Shown: in pieces, positions 61,122 through 64,000 of the stretch | Layout of the letters: every line of letters starts with the position of its first letter | How positions within the stretch are numbered: position 1 is the stretch's first letter | Assembly (NCBI GenBank): GCA_010909165.1 | Contig: MU008189.1 | Span: 310,001 to 374,000 of the forward strand | DNA length: 64,000 nt | Direction: 5' to 3' | Source: Anthoceros angustus | Taxonomy: Eukaryota > Plantae > Anthocerotophyta | Notes under the pieces: model-generated | What the model was told of the DNA's origin: nothing | Databases searched by the model: none | What the model saw: the letters and a program-made list of their open reading frames with translations, nothing else | Translations under genes and position numbers: made by a program

Positions 61122-61919
61122 CTAAGCAGCCGGGGAAGGGGTGAGATTTTGAGTCCTGGGGAGCTTGGGGCAGTTGTCGCTCTTGGGCTGGGCGATGGGG
61201 CAAAACTGAGAGTAGCAAGCCTGCTGGAGGGCCTTGTCCTCCTCCGGGGGCGGGGGCTGCTGCCCGAAGATCATCTCACAGCTCATGTCCTCGTAGTTGG
61301 GATTCATGGTGAGCGGGAGGCCGAAGTCGTTGGTGAAGAAATCCTGGGTGGGAATTTTGCACATGTTGACGCACATGCCGACGCAGCCGCTCACCTCCAG
61401 GTACCGGCACTTCTTGATCTTCACCCCGCTCATCTGCTTCTCCCCGTTCACCTCCACCTCCACGCGCTCCGCCGGCCCCACCAGCCACTGGAAGAAGGGC
61501 ACGGTGATGGCGGCGTTGAGCTCGCACGAGAACTTGGTGGGCGGGAAGAGCTTCTTGAACTGCTCCGGGGCCCCTGGGGGGAGCGTGGACATGAGCACCT
61601 CCCGCACGGCGGCCTGCTGCTCCTTGGCGCTGCGGCCCTGCATCACACCCCGGGAAACGTCCACGAAGCCGTCGTAGCCAGGGATGTCGGAGCTCTTGCC
61701 CGTCAGGTTCTCCATCTTGCGCTGGAACAGGCCCATGAAGGCCTTGTCGAAGAGCGAGTCCTTGTACTTGGTCTTCTCCCCGAACGGGGCCGGCTCTCCT
61801 GATGGTTCCGCGATCCCGCATCTCACACGCACGAGCGAGTGTCTGGGAGCGGGATGCGGAGTCGGGCGGATGGTGAAGCAAGCCCCTGAGTGGAGCTTCA
61901 TCGTGCCTAGATGCTCCAC
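61122..61919 (-). CDS. DWARF27-like beta-carotene isomerase family protein (DUF4033), intronless
   Basis: Transit peptide, SGEPAPFGEKTKYKDSLFDKAFM, FFQWLVGP, KCRYLEVSGCVGMCVNMCKIPTQDFF, GLPLTMNPNYEDMSCEMIFG. Confidence 0.93.
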   Translation of the reverse strand: MEHLGTMKLHSGACFTIRPTPHPAPRHSLVRVRCGIAEPSGEPAPFGEKTKYKDSLFDKAFMGLFQRKMENLTGKSSDIPGYDGFVDVSRGVMQGRSAKEQQAAVREVLMSTLPPGAPEQFKKLFPPTKFSCELNAAITVPFFQWLVGPAERVEVEVNGEKQMSGVKIKKCRYLEVSGCVGMCVNMCKIPTQDFFTNDFGLPLTMNPNYEDMSCEMIFGQQPPPPEEDKALQQACYSQFCPIAQPKSDNCPKLPRTQNLTPSPAA

Positions 61920-62801
61920 CAGCTCAGTGCGCGCTTGCTATCTGGGCCTGCCTGAAGCTTCATCTGCTTGCAGCTTGCATTCCAGTGTGCAATGCGAGCA
62001 CAACATGCCGTGCGTGAACGAGGCCATTGGTAATGCCCAGGAAACAAAGAATGCCTGTGGAGAGCTAGGATGAGCGGTGCGTGTCCGCCACACGCTCTGC
62101 TCCCGTGTGGCTGCCTAGCGGCCACACATCGGAACCATCGTGCATAGGTCCTTGAGAAAAAAAAAACAACGCTCTGAAAAAGGAAAGGGGAAGCTAACGA
62201 ATGACAGAGGATTCTTGAAATGAGCAACCTGTAAACTTGTGAGAAATCAGCGATAAAACCCTTCAAAAATATATGACCCGAAATCAAGGAGGTCTTGAAG
62301 CCACTCCAGGGAATCTATTGCTGAACTCAATCTATGGTTTGACATATAGTACATATGCTGGTGCAAGAGGACTATGAGGAGAGGTGTTCAGCTTGGACTC
62401 CAAAGGCCAAAAGGACTTGTGCTAGCGAAGAATGCTACTTGCTCTCCCCTTCAAACATCAGATAGTCATTGTGCAACTCAATTGTTTCGAGAGCCAACCT
62501 TTGAAACAAGAGTATCAGATACATTCCGTTCTGTAGAACCAGTAGCAAGGCCGGGTCACAAAGAGGTAGGATTTTCCTTTGACGACCCATGCCTAACATT
62601 AATTCTTGAGCGAAGGAGTGCTCTTTCATCAGCAATCCATGGGCCCGGCCCTGAAGGCTCAGCTCCGATGACATCAGAGATTTCCAAGGTTGTGTGGGAG
62701 TGCAGGAAAGGGCGAGGTTCTGCCCTGACATGATGTGGGCGGTGAAAGAAGGCATATGGATGCACAAAGGCGCGGCAGCATTTCCAGATTCCCCTGCAGA
62801 G

Positions 62802-63049
62802 ACTGAGATATTGTGCGAGCATCTGCAAGAGGAAGGGTCTCTGGAAAATCTAGGTCCACCTGCAACATGCAAACGGAAAAGAAAGATGAGAACTTGTTGG
62901 TACTCAAGACTTGGGACTAGTAGTTACTGAGATATTGTGCGAGCATCTGCAAGAGGAAGGGCCTCTGGAAAATCTAGGTCCACCTGCAACATGCAAACGG
63001 AAAAGAAAGATGAGAACTTGTTGGTACTCAAGACTTGGGACTAGTAGTT
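62802..63049. repeat. Near-perfect 124-bp tandem duplication
   Basis: 62802-62925 and 62926-63049 differ at about one position (GGGTCTCT vs GGGCCTCT). Confidence 0.92.
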
Positions 63050-64000
63050 CAAGAGCAGCGGGCCATCTTGATGAGAAGTTGACAAGACCCCACAGAGAAG
63101 AAAGTTCCCACTGTGTAGCCTCGGACGGCCCGGATCTGCTCGATGTGCTGGTCGTGGTTGAATGCCATGTATGTCACTTTCTGCAAGAACTCTGGGGATG
63201 CTGATTTGCCAACAAGAGAGGCTGCCAGACAGACACATGGTTATCCTCACTAGGTGGCTGTGAAGCATGTAAGGCTATGGATGCCTGAAATATACTAATC
63301 TGCATGTTCCAGAATTGTTCTTGACCAGACGGTGATAGTATACAGAGCCAAAATGATGGCCCCACAGGATCAAGCCACCATGTAACCCTGGCAAGAAAAG
63401 GCCTGCAGTCAGGCCTACAACATTTGTGCTGATGTCAAAATAGTGATCCTGCCCCAGCACCGCCACCCAGATCAGTTAAAAGTGAGAAGCTATTGACCCC
63501 AGCTGTTGCCTGCAATGTTGCGGTGAAAACACCAGGCGAACACATTCTAGAACAGGAGGAACGCCTGGGCGTAGGCAGATGTGTCGGACCCCTGTTCGAA
63601 GTTGCAAAAAGATTCAGCAGCGTCTCCTCTTAGAGCCTTCTGGGCACATAACCTACATATCCAATACCTAGATACTTGTGTAGCATAAGGGCAATATAAA
63701 GCAGACTACCGTATGATCTTAATATTTTTATAAGTCACATATTTATAAAAATTTAATTCAGGATTATCCGCTTGTGAGGATATAGACTACAACATCCAGG
63801 TACTACACAATTATATAATATATCTAAAAAACTAATATTATCATGAAATCCAAGAACACATTTTGAGTCTATTTGGCTTGGACAAGCATCCAAGTCCTCC
63901 TCAACCATGTTAATACCTCCAGCGAATTGAGGGGCTGGACATTTTTGTATCAATTGTAGTCTTGCTGCTTCTAAACAAATTTTTAGTTGTTCTTCAAACA

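Noticed and set aside
61101-61881. Overlapping 201-233-aa ORFs
   Set aside because: Alternative-frame and antisense shadows of the high-GC3 D27-like gene.

Overview
This is nuclear DNA from a eukaryote, most likely a non-seed streptophyte plant of bryophyte/lycophyte grade. That assignment is inferred from the GT-AG introns, the plastid-targeted genes, the CYP71-clan P450s and the transposon families present. Host genes: a plastid-type AsmA-like protein, NAA60/MCC1, an intronless CTD small phosphatase, two paralogous P450s (one frameshifted and truncated), HCF164, a MEA1-domain protein, cytosolic PheRS alpha, ATG6, and adjacent intronless ATXR2 and D27-like genes. They alternate with Ty3/Gypsy, LINE, CRE-like and DNA-transposon remnants and several tandem arrays. 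No rRNA, tRNA or CRISPR array was recognised. The most striking signal is at about 34.0-40.2 kb. A frameshifted minus-strand gene, reconstructed by hand across reading frames, encodes a ParB/Srx-like domain (GGNH motif) followed by a complete bacterial-type beta-class amino (N4C/N6A) DNA methyltransferase domain. It lies divergently from a truncated Cys-rich CMC-type transposase and appears to sit inside an element ending in a clear CACTA terminus at 40179. This suggests a plant DNA transposon carrying its own non-5mC DNA-modification enzyme. Caveats: many 1-nt indels in 31-37 kb may be sequencing error, the left end of the element was not found, and all family assignments come from motif recognition without database searches.
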